Source: Octopus sinensis
Taxonomy: Eukaryota
Assembly (NCBI RefSeq): GCF_006345805.1
Contig: NC_043003.1
Location: 1-64,000 of the forward strand
Direction of reading: 5' to 3'
Length of the DNA stretch: 64,000 nt
Shown here: positions 50,014 to 62,797 of the stretch, piece after piece
Layout: every line of letters starts with the position of its first letter
Position numbering within the stretch: the stretch's first letter is position 1
The notes under the pieces: model-generated
What the model saw: the letters and a program-made list of their open reading frames with translations, nothing else
Database searches by the model: none
Told to the model about the DNA's origin: nothing
Position numbers and translations under genes: made by a program

Positions 50014-51670
50014 GTAAGTATCGGTCTATCTTTCTTTATCTCTTCTTCAGTTTCTATCTCTACACCTTTCTCTCTCTCTCTCTCTTTTTCTCAAGAGAGT
50101 GATAGCTTCTTAGCATAAGCTTGACTCTTAAACGGTAGACATATGCAAGCAGGCCGATGTTACACTATTATAGAGCAACCATTAACCTGTATCAACAGGG
50201 GTGTCCTGTATCGTCTGTGTTTCGGTATGTCAGGTCTTCTCACAAGACTCTTTGTGTGGCATTGTTGAACCATTCCAATCCCAGAACTACCAGAACGATT
50301 CACAAAACTGGTGAGGCATTCTTCAGATGGATTTCAGATTTAAATTTGAAGGAGAGTGTGACTCCTTGTTTTGACACCAGGCAACTGATATTTGCTCATT
50401 TTCTGTCTTCTGTGAAAAACATGTCTAGTTATGGGAAAATATTACTTTGCTTGAAAGCAGGCGAGGGTTGGTGACAGGAAGGCCATCCAGCCGTAGAAAA
50501 TCTGCCTCAGTAAACTCTGTCCAACTGATGCAAGCATGGGAAAGTGGACATTAAAACGATGATGATGTGATATTGTATAAAAGAACAACCTTATGGTTGT
50601 TGTGGTTGAATGGAGTGTTGTGAGTGATTGAAAATCCCCCGGATCCAGGTGTGGTTATGTGGGGGCTGCAGGTATTTTATTGGTGGTGGTGGTGGTGGTG
50701 GGGGGACAAGCATGACTGTGGTTCAGTTTGCTTCACAGCCATTTAGTTTTTGTGTGTGTCCACTACTGGCATCTTGGACAAGTATCTCCTTCCATCCTTT
50801 TGATCAATACCTTGTTAGTGAAAGTTGTTGGACTGAAACTGCAGATGCACGTCGTGTGTGTGAGTGAAGAAAAAAGATAAGATGCTTCCTCTGAAGAAAA
50901 CTGCTACCTTGTGTGGGTTTTCTTCTGTTCGAGTTGCACAGGCAGTCTCTTGTCACTCACCCCATTATAAATACAGTGAACCAGGGATTTACGCATTATC
51001 AATGACATTGTTATTCACAAGATGAGACATAAAATAATTGTTTCTAATTTTAGCATAAGGCCAGTAATTTTGAGGGGAGGGGGCATGTTGATTACATCGA
51101 CCCAAGTTCTTGACTGATACTTTGTTTTATCTTTCTGTAAAGGACGATAGGTGCAAGTGTGGCTGTGTGTTAAGATACTTGCTTTCTGACCATATGGTTC
51201 TGGGTTCAGTCCCCCATGTGGCACCTTGGGCAGGTGTCTTCTGCTATAACCTCTGGCTGACCAAAGCCTTATGACTGGATTTGGTAGATGGAGACTGAAA
51301 GGAGTCCATCATGCATATGTGAGTTCCTCCCCTACTGCTTGACCACCAGTGTTGGCATGTTTACGTCTCCCCTATCGTAGCAGTTCACCAAAAGCAACCA
51401 ATCGAATGAGTACCAGGCTTTAAAAAAAAAGAAAAAGTTGCGGGTTGATTCATTCAACTAAACATTCTTCAAGGCTGTGCCCCAGCATGGTCGCAGTCTA
51501 ATGCCTGAAACTGGTAAAAGATAAGGAAAAGGATGAAAAGAAATACTACCAGTTAAGTACCAATGCCTGCTGGGAAAAGATTTCACTGGTTTGGGATGGT
51601 AGAGATTGTTTCTTTGATTAGTCCTGGAACCAGCTGGATTGATTTCAGTTAATTTAATAATTAATCAGTG

Positions 51671-52297
51671 AAGGTGGTGAGCTGGAAGAAACGGTAGCAT
51701 GTCAGGTGAAATGCTTAGTGGTATTTCGTCTGTCTTTATGTTCTGAGTTCAAATTCCACCGAGATCGACTTTGCCTTTCATCCTTTTGGGGTTGATAAAT
51801 TGAGTACCAGCTGCATACTGAGATCAATTTAATCGACTGACCCCCTTCCCCAAAATTTCGGGCCTTGTGCCTAGAGTAGAAAAGAATATCTAGGTCTCTG
51901 TAAGGCGGTGAGCTGGCAGAAACGTTAGCATGCCTGGTGAGATGCTTGGCAGTATTTCGTCCACCTTTGCATTTGAAGTTCAAATTCTGCTGAGGTCGAC
52001 TTTGCCATTCATCCTATTGGGGTCGATAAATTAAGTACCAGTTGAGTACTGGGGATCGATCTAATTGACTGCCCCCCCCCATATCATAATTTCGAGCCTT
52101 GTACCTAAAGTAGAAAAGATTATTAAAAGGAGGCAAGCTGGCAGAATCGTTAGCACGCTGGGCGAAATGTTTAGCGGTATTTCATCTATCTTTATGTTTT
52201 GAGTTCAAATTCCACTGGAATTTGCCTACTGGAGTTGATCTAATCGACTGCGCCTTCCCCCAAAATTTTAGGCCCTGTGCCTAGAATAGAAAAGAAT
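51671..52297 (+). mobile_element. three tandem copies of a tRNA-derived SINE (family C)
   Basis: AAGGCGGTGAGCTGGCAGAA..GTTAG..GAGTTCAAATTC..TCATCCTTT.GGGGTCGATAAA at ~230-bp period; dispersed copies at ~30420-30545(-), 34090-34300, 40320-40460, 61445-61860(-) and 63761-63978. Confidence 0.8.
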
Positions 52298-52682
52298 ATT
52301 TAATCAGTGGCTTGTTGGAGAAAACCTACCATTTGACCAAAGGGCAGCTGAAATTTGGACCAGTTAGTAAACTAGGAATTGTTTACATAAAAGGTTTGCT
52401 GTTGTACCTGAGTGCCATTTCAGTAGTTTGGATTTGGTAGACAGAAATTGTGTGTGTAGGTTACCGTCCCATTGCTTTGACATTGTGTGATAGCTATAAT
52501 ATTCTGTGACAACATGTCTCGTCATGAGGAAATAACTTACTTGAAAATAGGTGAGGGTTAGCAACAGGAAGGCCATCTGCTGTAGAGAAATCCATCTCAG
52601 CAAATTCTGCCTTACCTTGGAAAAGTGAACCTAAAAATAATATTACATTTTATTCTGCTTTTTTTTTAAATTTTTGTTTCAG

Positions 52683-52779
52683 GTTTGATATCAGTGTTGG
52701 CAGTAAGGTACTTGCTAAAAAGTTGAATGATATCTGGTATAAAGGTATTGTTCAGGAAGTAAGCCAAAAAGAACGATCG
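52683..52779 (+). CDS. SETDB1: SETDB1-like exon, Tudor domain 1 N-half (FDISVGSKVLAKKLNDIWYKGIVQEV)
   Basis: TTTCAG / GTAAGT, phase 2-0; aligns with SETDB1 [21 protein letters not shown]. Confidence 0.9.
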
Positions 52780-52864
52780 GTAAGTCAAATCTAATTTGAC
52801 GAGTGTCTGAAGAAATGTATTTCTGCAGAGAATGATTTTGTGAATTCTTTGTCCTTTTACTTAA

Positions 52865-53071
52865 CCCTTTAGCATTCAGCTTTCTCTGTCAAATGTGATG
52901 CTCATTTATTCCACCTTGTTTTGAATTAACAATGCATTAACTTCTTACTCTGAGATTTTGATGGTGCGATTGCTTATTTTAAGAATAACATTAAAGCATA
53001 GGTGTGAGGGGCCAGAATCTAATTGATTTAGAATATTTTGGCCAGATTTGGCCGATTGAAATGCTAAAGGG
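52865..53071. mobile_element. piggyBac-type MITE
   Basis: TTAA|CCCTTTAGCATT ... AATGCTAAAGGG|TTAA; relatives at 59961-60134 and ~40530-40756. Confidence 0.8.
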
Positions 53072-54664
53072 TTAAATAATGTACATTGTAATCCTTTGTG
53101 TGTGTGTATGTGTGTGCATGGCCATTATTTTCCTGAATTCATCTCTTTTGATGTTACACACATGATCTGCTGTAACTTCTGCCATATATTGTTATAAATT
53201 CTCAAGTCTTTGAATTACCAGTTTTAATTTCTAAGACTGGAATGTCTTTAGAAAGAAGGCAGAAAATTTAAGATATAAGCTTTGCATGGCTGTGTGGTAA
53301 GAAGCTCACATGGTTCTGTGTTCAGTCCCACTGTGTGGCACCTTGGGCAAGTGTCTTCTACTATAACCTTGGGCCAACTAAAGCAGTTTGAGTGGATTTG
53401 GTAAATGGAAACTAAAAGAAACCCATCATGTGTGTGTGTGTGTGTGTGTATAGAGGTATCTATGTGTGTGTGTGTCTGTGTTTGTCCCTCACCTTGACAA
53501 CTGGTGTTGGTGTGTCTATATCCCTGTAACTTAGCAGTTTGGCAAAAAAGACTGATAAAATAAGTACCAGGCTTTAAAAAAAAAGCAATTAGTGTGGTTG
53601 ATTCAGCTAAAATTTCCTCAAGGTGGTGCCCCAGCATGGCCACAGTCTGACCGAAACAAGTAAAAGATAGTTTCTCCTGAATAAGTTTCATTATTTTAGC
53701 CTTGATTTTAACTGGAAAAATTGGGTGTGACTTCTACATGGAGCAAAACAAAAACTATGAAAGGAATAAAAAAGTTTGCACCCTGATTTAACCCTAAATT
53801 TAAGGGTACAACGTGTGTATTAGCCAATAGGGTAATTGTTGTTCTTAGTTTAAAATGTCATTTTGTTCTCTAATGTATTAAATGCTACAGTGTATCTTTT
53901 TATTCCGCTGTGTAGAGTAAAATATCTTCTTTGATGATGTTGATGGTTGACTTGCTAACCTTGTGCTCTGCACCTATCAGAACGCTTCTGTTTACTTATC
54001 AGCTTATTGTATTGTGGGTTATCCTTATCATCAGTTTAACATGCAATGAGGCAGACCTGCATATTCATCTCTCTCTCTCTCTCTCTTTCGTACCTCCACC
54101 CTCCATCTCTCTTACAATTTTAGTAATGAAATCTAACTTCTTCAGACCAACTGAATCTCCTTTCATTGGCCATTCTTCTTTATCTGTCTTTTCCAGTAAC
54201 CATTTGGTCCACTCTTTCATATCATTTTATGTTTCAGTATGTGCAGCATGTGTGGTTAAGAAACCTGCTTGCCAACCTTGTGGTTTTTAGTCCACTCCCA
54301 CTGTGTGGCATTCTGAACAAGTGTCTGTCACTATAGCTCTGGGCTGACCAAAACCTTGTGAGTGGGTTTGGTAGAAACAGAAAGAAGCCTGTCGTGTATG
54401 TGTGTACGTGTTTGTATGTGCCCTTGTCTAGATATCACATGATGGTTGCCAAGAAGCATCATAGTCACACGAGCAAGATTGTTTTGTTTTCCAATCTTCT
54501 GTGAAAAATGTCTGGCCATGGAGAAAATAATTACCTTGTTTGGAAATAGGTGAAGGAAGAACATTTTGTTGTAGAAAATCTGTCTCAACAAATTGCATCT
54601 GCCCTCTGCAAGCATGGGAAAGTGGATGTTAAAAAGATGATAATAAGCATAAATTGTTTTACAT

Positions 54665-55035
54665 AGGTGCAGAAGTGGCTGTGTGGTAAGTTGCTTGCTT
54701 ACCAACCACATGGTTCCAGGTTCAGTTCCACTGCATGGCAGCTTGGGCAAGTGTCTTTTACTATAGCCTCGGGCCAACCAAAGCTTTGTGAGTGGATGTG
54801 GTAGATGGAAACTGAACGAAGCTAATCGTGTCTACATGTGTGTGTGTGTGTGTGTGTCTGTGTTTGTCCCCCTACCATCGCTTGACAACTGATGTTAACA
54901 TGTTTATGTCTCCATAACTTAGTGGTTCGGCAAAAAACTCCAATAAAATAAGTACTAGGCTTACAAAGAATAAGTCCCGGTGTTGATTTGTTTAACTAAT
55001 GGTGGTGCTCCAGCATGGCAGACAAGCAAAAGAGT
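54665..55035 (+). mobile_element. tRNA-derived SINE (family B)
   Basis: GGTGCAGAAGTGGCTGTGTGGTAAG..GGTTCAGTTCC head and shared body. Confidence 0.8.
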
Positions 55036-55739
55036 ATGAGCATAAATTGTTTTACATAACTGGCGCACTGTCAGTTACGATGACGAAGGTTCCAGTTGAT
55101 CCGATCAACGGAACAGCCTGCTCATGAAATTAAAATGCAAGTGGCTGAGTACTCCACAGACACCTGTGTACCCTTAACATAGTTTTCAGGGAGATTCAGC
55201 ATGACACAGAATGTAACAATTATGGCCCTTTGAAATAAAGTCACTTGTTGAAGGACACAAACTCTCCTCACTATATAATCAGGAGCTGAATGCCCTAACC
55301 GCTAAATCACACCTTCACTGTTTTACAAGCATCATCATCATCATTGTTAACATCCGCTTTCCATGCTGGCATGGGTTGGACAGTTTGACTGAAGACTCCT
55401 AAGCCGGGAGGCTGTACCTAGCTCCAATCTGATTTGGCAAAGTTTCTACAGCTGGATGACCTTTCTAATACCAACCACTCTGAGAGTGCAGTGGGTGCTT
55501 TTTTACAGGCCACCGGTACGGGAGCCAGTCAGGTGGCACTGGCCTTGGCCATGCTTGAATGGTGCTCTTTATGTGTCACTGACATCAGCCAGGCTCAATG
55601 GTACTTTTTATGTGCCACCAGCATTGGTGCTAGTCAGGCGGCACTTGCAGTAGAATTATAAAACAATAATGGGGAAATAGACTAACTAATCAGAATTTAG
55701 CTGCTGCATTATAATCTTATTGCTGTCTTTTGTTTTCAG

Positions 55740-55851
55740 AAAAAGTTTAAAATAAAATTTGATGGGAAAGGCACTAAAGTTCTTGGTGCTAAACTTGTTG
55801 CCTTTTTTGAGAACTGGAACATACCTATCAAAGTTGGTAGCAGAGTAGTTG
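55740..55851 (+). CDS. SETDB1: SETDB1-like exon, Tudor 1 C-half (KKFKIKFDGKGTKVLGAKLVAF..IKVGSRVV)
   Basis: TTTCAG / GTGAGT, phase 0-1; matches SETDB1 [30 protein letters not shown]. No further exon recognised before the window end. Confidence 0.92.
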
Positions 55852-56609
55852 GTGAGTATCTTTTTTTTTAATTTGGTTTACATTTAATTTTGTGGTAATA
55901 TTAACTTTTTCTTATTTAACAAGCCACTGAAGGCCTGCGGACTCCGTATCCAATAACTTGCTCTGCCGCATCTTTGGTAAACCAATCTTATTAGAATAGT
56001 TGATTTTTTTGCAAACTAGTACCACGAGGAAGCTTGTTCACCCTAATAGGTAGGAGAGGCAATGATAACTTCAGGAAATTTGTGGCATGTAAATTCTCAC
56101 ACGGGCTACTGTTCTTATGGTTAGAAAATGGAAGGAATAAGTCCCAATTCCTAATTATCTAAAAAGAAAAAAGAAAAGAAAAAAGAGAGGAATCTATTTT
56201 ATGGGGCTTCCTTAGGTTAAGCTAAAGATTCATAGTTCCTTATCTTTTTGAGATTAATCTAGACAGATTGCAGACATGATAGTTGCTGTTTGAAATTTGA
56301 AGAATTTAGCAATTACCTTGAGGTAACCTGGTGGTATAACCATAATATGCTAAGAAGTCCCTTACCCTCTCTAATTGTTGCAATCTATTCACACCTTTTA
56401 ATTAAACTACAATTACCTGACCTACTTCATCGCTTGCAGCTTTGTTTTTCCTGTCTTTGCTTAAAGCACCTGTCCTTGTCTTTCTCATTTCTCACCTTTT
56501 CTATTTTGTCTTGCTTGCATTACTTACTAATAAATTACTCAATAATTTGTGCCTCAATTTTTCTTGGGTTCTGTTTGTTTTTATAATCTCCAACATCATT
56601 CCTGTGCAC

Positions 56610-57030
56610 TTCTGTATTTAAGAGATGAGGAATTATATACATTATTTACATTCGACGGATATTTGTCCTCATCTTGTTTGTTGTTTACACAATGTTTCAG
56701 CTGATATACCCTCCAGCCTTCATCAGGTGTCTTGAGGAAATTTCGAACCTGGGTTCTCATTCCTAAGGTATTTTTTGATGTTGTTGTTCTTCAGGTCAGT
56801 GCTTGGAATCGAACTTGGAATCTTGGGGTTAGTAGCCTGCATTCTTAACCACTACGCCATATGCCCTGAACAACAACAATAATAATAATATTGAAAAATA
56901 CTTTAGGAATAAGAACCCAGGTTCGAAATTTCCCCAAGCCACATGAAGAAGGCTGGAGGGTACATCAGCCGAAACGTTGTGTGAGCAACAAACAAGATGA
57001 GGACAAATATCCATCGAATGTAAATAATCA
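56610..57030 (-). mobile_element. Penelope-associated tRNA-head plus hammerhead unit with inverted copy
   Basis: - strand tRNA-like 56792-56866, hammerhead 56687-56730; + strand inverted copy with hammerhead at 56939-56982. Confidence 0.75.
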
Positions 57031-58259
57031 TTCCTGTGAGTCCACAATGTGACCATCCACAATGCTCAGGACAATTTGGAGCCTTGGAATAAAACCTATC
57101 TTTGCTATATGTTCTGTTGTTCATTTAACCCTGTGTCTTTTTGGAACATAACAATTGTGATAAATGAGGGGAGATGTATAACTTTCTTCCCCCTTCAGTA
57201 GGACTTCATGTTTTTTGCTTAAATTATGAAACTTTTTCAATTTCTCATTGTCTTCTCTGAGTAGATTTGAAACATGATGTGTGTGGCCACCACATGCATG
57301 TGTGTGTGTGTGTGTACATATGAAATTGTAAATTTGATAGTGTGATACCCTTTTACAAAACTTAAGCAGAGCAAGGATCAAGAAATAGCTACAACCAGGA
57401 ATTGAAACTGGGATGCAGATGCAGCTCACCGAGAGCTTACTGCCCTTCTCAGTAGGGCTTACAGCAATGAAATACATTTTGCTACAGGAAAGTAAAATTC
57501 CATTGACAAGTGGACACAACATGAATTGAAGATATTTCTAGAGTCCAGTAATGTGCAGAAAGCTACTGACCTCATAAAACCATTATTTAACATGCAGACT
57601 CTTCGACTCTTTTGCTGTGAGGTCACCCAAGACCACCTCAGGTTATATGATACAAAACCTCTATTTCTAAATTATGTCTAAATGAAATCCTTCCATCCTG
57701 ATTATCTTTGAGAATATTTTATGTTTCAAGTATCATTTTCATCAAAAAGCTCAGTCATTTTGTGAATTCCATCCAATTTGTTGATTATTTTCAAAATTAA
57801 TTAAAGCACATAAGCAGTGTATTTCATAAGAAATAATCTAGAAGGTCAAAGCTCCTTAACACGTGCTTGATAACTGTCTCAACTTGGCTGTCTTGTTTGA
57901 AGAATTTACTAATTTGTATTGAGGTAATTTATGAATGTTCTTCCTTTGTTTGCATGCTGTTTGCCTATAACCATTCCTCTTATCTTTATTTTACAGTATT
58001 TTAAAGTTTCTTATATTTTGTTTTTGTAATTTTTTTTATTTGACTTCATTTCATGTATTTTGGGAATAGTTGAACCATGCTTTCCTGACAGGAAATCACT
58101 GGTTCATTGCATTTCCAATGGTCAAAGTGACAAGGGTAGTTATTGTGTGTAAAGTGGGCAGAACAAATGCCAGAAGGTGTCATTTGTTGATGCATGATTT
58201 AGCAGCAATTTGTTGCTGATGTATTTGTTTCCTTGCTTATGTTGGTACATCTAATTTGA

Positions 58260-58354
<95 letters not shown>

Positions 58355-58359
58355 TAGCC

Positions 58360-58760
58360 TCGGGTTGTGAAGAGGAGAGAACATCAATTGGCTACACCGC
58401 ATAGGGCCATGGAAAGATCCATGCTAGGAATATAATTATGAGAGCCTATTTGAAACTAGATAATTTAACAAAGGTGAGAAGTGAACAATGTGATTGCAGT
58501 ACTGAAAGCACAAGTTCCCCTGGGCTTGGGGCATGTCACAAATTCACAGACAACACAGGTGGACCTGTGCAGTTACCAAGTGGTATCCAAGAGACTGGAA
58601 AAGGCCAGTTGGAAAGCCTCTAAGACAATGGGTAGGTGATTTAATTAAAAGCAATTTGGCTCAAGATGGAAAAGAATGGTGTACTCAAGACAGAATTGGA
58701 AGTGCTGCATTGTGACCAGTGGTGTGTAACAGAATCTGAAGGTCTGGTTGATACTGCGAT
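58360..58760 (+). mobile_element. old RTE-like LINE C-terminal remnant
   Basis: RAMERSMLGI, GHV, RWTCAVTKWYPRDWKRPVGKP. Confidence 0.65.
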
Positions 58761-59960
58761 AAATATGTTCATATGTATATACCTATGTAACAGGATTCAG
58801 CATAGTTTCCATCCACCATATTTTAATCACAAGACTTTTGGGGCTGAGGTAGCTCTACAGCTTGTTTAGATTCTGTCACTATAAATAAGTCATCAATGCC
58901 AGTTGTTGAACAAGAATCTGGAGGGTTCACTGTCTTGTACAGAAATCAAGCACTGTATCCTATTTTTGTTGCTTCATCATCATTTAATACCTGTTTTCCA
59001 TACTGGCATGGGTTGGCTGATTTGACAGAAGCTGGCAAGCTGGTGGGGGGCACTACACTGGGATGCCCTTCCTTAATGCCAACCACTTTGCAGTGTGTAC
59101 TGGGGGCTTTTCACATAGCATCACAGCTGAAATAGATTTTAAGAATGACTTATTTCTTGTGAAATTTATTTACTGCTTTTCATATTTTTTATTTGCGCAA
59201 TTTGTTTTTAATGAATGTTTGTTGAATTCTCAAATTTATCTTCTGTTTTCTACCCTCTCCAAAATATACCCTGAACCAAAAACTTAGACCCCTTAACCTT
59301 TTTTTTCATTTCTGATAACATTTATATTATTTCCCTTTCTTTCTATTCTGTTATAGGAAACAAAAGTTGTAAGTTTTTTAGGTTTTATTTCTTCGAATTC
59401 TTGGAAATCCTTATCTTTTTTTAAATTTTTTCCCCCAATTTTCTCATTCTTGACCCCTCAAGATCCCATTACTTTTTTCCTTCTCTTCATGCCCCAAAAT
59501 CCATTACCTTGAGTATATCAGCAGGCATGTTGCGTATCAATATAAATCTGGCTAAATCTGTAATTTAGCTGAATTAAATGTTTATATAATCTGTTAATTA
59601 AAATTGTCTTTTTTTAAAAAGTTATTCCTAACTTATTTCTAAAATAGAAAGTGAGTTTAAATCAGTAGTTTATCCTCTTTTTTATTTTCCAGTTTGATTC
59701 AGGTGTCAATAATTAGCTGTAAAATCTTATTTGAACCCTTTTCCCTTAGTAAGAATTGTAATTTTATGCAATAAGGTTTTTAATATTTATTTCTGCTACA
59801 GAATTATTGTTATAAAAATATGACATTCTTGGCATAGAAAATTTCCACTATATCATATAACAAGCCACATTAAAAGGTTAAATTTATATTGTCACACATT
59901 TCAAAAAAATAGATTACTGATATTGAATCAAAACTGAGATATATGTGGTTAAAGATCTAA

Positions 59961-60134
59961 CCCTTTAGCATTTAAACTGGCTAGATTTGACCTCTCACAT
60001 GCACCCTACTCTGTCATTCTACTAAAGATAAACAGCCACATCATAGATGTCTCGAAGCTACAAGATAATGTATAATTAATTCAAAACAGTGTAAATAAAT
60101 AAGCATTAAATTTGACAATCTGAATGCTAAAGGG
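59961..60134. mobile_element. piggyBac-type MITE
   Basis: CCCTTTAGCATT / AATGCTAAAGGG TIRs with degenerate TTAA flanks. Confidence 0.7.
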
Positions 60135-60751
60135 TTACACCTTATAACGTTATACTAAAAAAAAAAAATTTTTTTTCTTGAATTAAAAGATTAGAATTTA
60201 TTGAGCAGTTTTCAAATACTTACCCATCACCCATAAAAACACTGATCTAAAATCACTTTTAACTAACTTACACAAATTTCGGTAATTGATCCTTAAAATT
60301 TGCGAAACACAACTATGTCAGCTGATGAAAAGGTAAAACTATCTCACAGAGAAATAATCTTGGTTCCCAGCTTATCACATCTAGTTGCCACTTATTTTGC
60401 ATGTAACTCTTTTTTAACAATATGCATATATATTTTGTTTCCTAAGTTTTGTTGTTGATTATATTTAAAAGCCCCTTGATAGAAACAGAATTATAATTAA
60501 AGTTAAAAATATAGTAGATCTCTCCTGCCTTTAGACAAAGCATATTTAAGTTTCTATTTGCATTAAGCTAAATGAAATAATACCATTACTGTTATAGATG
60601 AGTAATTACTATCTTAGAAGGATGTCCAGGGGTTAAAAGAATTTTTTAAATGAGCAAATTTAATGATTTATATAAGTATTATTCAACTTTTGTATATGGT
60701 TTGCAAGATTCTTTCTGTGAACTCATGTATTGAAATACATTTTGTTGTATC

Positions 60752-61117
60752 TTGGGAGGGTCATTGTGCCAATAATTAATACACACACTGGTTCAGTTTC
60801 ACTTCTTTATTATTTGTTTGTCAGCTGGTTAACCAGTAAGCTAATTAACTAAGTGATTGTTTCATCATTCTGTTAAGCAAGCAATCAGCCAGGTTTGTCA
60901 GTCCTTTTGCTGTTGTTGGTGACCTCTTCAATGACATGCCCTCTCTGCTTCAGGTCTATCTGTCTGTTACACAAAAGGACTTTGACAAACCTAACTGAAT
61001 GATTAGTCAAACAATCAATTAGATAATTGGTTAAATAATTAACCAATAGACAAATAAATGATAAAGAAGTGAAATATAGCCAGGGCGTGTATTATTGGCA
61101 TAATGACCCCTTCCAAT
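60752..61117. repeat. diverged foldback (MITE-like) element
   Basis: gggtcattgtgccaataat..tttcacttctttat / ataaagaagtgaaa..attattggcataatgaccc; inner arms aggtttgtcagtcctttt / aaaaggactttgacaaacct. Confidence 0.7.
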
Positions 61118-62602
61118 TAAAAAAAAAATTCAAATTTATATATCTATGGAAGCCCCATGCTAGCAAGGATTGGTTGATAGATTGAGGGGTGGGGGAACAC
61201 ATTTTATAAACATGGAATTGTGTCGTTGACACTTCATAGTTTGAAATACTATCAGTAAACATAGCAGAAGGAGAGAGAGAGAGAGAGAGAGACAGCTTGT
61301 CATTGATGAGGTTGTGAATGTTGACTTAAGGACTTTGATAAATTGTTTGGTCCAATCAGTTAGGTTTGCCAAACAACCATTGAGTTAGTTGGGTGAATAT
61401 TTAATCAAATGCCAGCTGAAAATAAAGAAATGAAAGTAAATATACTCCTTTGTACTCTAGGCACAAGGCTTGAAATTTTGGGGGAGGATCTTAGTCAATT
61501 GCATTGACCCCAGTGCTCAACTGGTACTTATTTTGTTGATCCCAAAAGGATGAAAGGCAAAGACAATCTTGGCATTTTGAACTCGTAATGTAGACTGACA
61601 AAAGACCACTAAGCATTTTGTTACGTGTGCTAATGATTCTACCAGCTGCCTTGATGATAATGGTTTCAAATTTTGGCATCAGGCCAGCAAGTTCAGGGGT
61701 GGTGGTAAGTTAATTACATCGACCCCAGCGCTCAACTGGTCCTTATTTCATCAACCCCGAAAGGACTTCCACCTCAGCAGAATTTGAACTCAGAACATAA
61801 AGGATGGATAAAATGTCATGTTGCCCAGCATGCTAACAATTCTGCAGCTCACTTCCTTACCAAATTCAATATAATTAGATGTGTGTATGTCTTTTCTAAA
61901 GCTCTCATGACTTCCATAATATAATTACTAAAAGAAAAATATTTTCCTTTTTTTTTCACTATTTTGGTGAAAATAAATTATGTAAATAACTTGTTGAAAG
62001 TTGATTAACATTCTTTGATTTTGCAGTGAACCATGTCAGTAGTATACCATTAGGGATTGCTTATTGCATCAAGATTTGTACAGCTTTTCTTTGCATGGTT
62101 GCTTTTTAAGCTTAGTGTGTATTGGGTAGGTTTGTTGGGCAGGTAGGGGTTGATTCATTCAAATGAATTGTATTTAATGATTATTGCTTTAGAGCAAATG
62201 CCTTGTCCCTGTGTCTTGTCACTCAGCTAGGTTCTGCACTGCTCCCATCACCACCACCACTGCATTGCCTATTTCTCGGTTTAATTAATTGGGGTCTCTG
62301 GTGTGTGAGGCCATTTCAAAGAAATTATTTAAAAAATTTTTAGTTGTTGCCCACCCTCTTTAAAATTTTTTTTAAAGGTAGATTTAAGCATTCTGTGCGA
62401 CATTGTTTATCTCTTCCATATAAGGGCACATCTTGATTAAAATTATCATACATACCACAGTTTGTTAGTACACATTTTACTGCATTTAAATTAATGTAAG
62501 AAATAATTAGTGATTTCTCTATCAAGATATAGCAATATTGATTATGGGACGTTCACTATCATCAGACTTATCATGATTGTCATTTGAACATGTGTTTTGC
62601 AC

Positions 62603-62797
62603 TTTTTTAATGGGTTTGATGTATGTTTCCATACTTTTTAATTGGGTTGGACACCAGTTTTTAACTCTTAATGGGCTAGACATTTAGATCAACATTTTTT
62701 TAATGGGTTGGGCGAAATGCCCTGTACTTTTAATGGGTTGAGCACACCTTTTTAATGGGTTGGGTAGGTAATTGCTTTTATGTTTTTTAACGGGCTG
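62603..62797. repeat. cluster of seven TTTTAATGGGTTG-like motifs with unrelated spacers
   Basis: Motif at about 62603, 62635, 62667, 62695, 62728, 62748 and 62783. Confidence 0.7.

Noticed and set aside
60323-60345. Isolated CTGATGA as a hammerhead or C/D-box element
   Set aside because: No stem II, GAAA or stem III/I arrangement follows.
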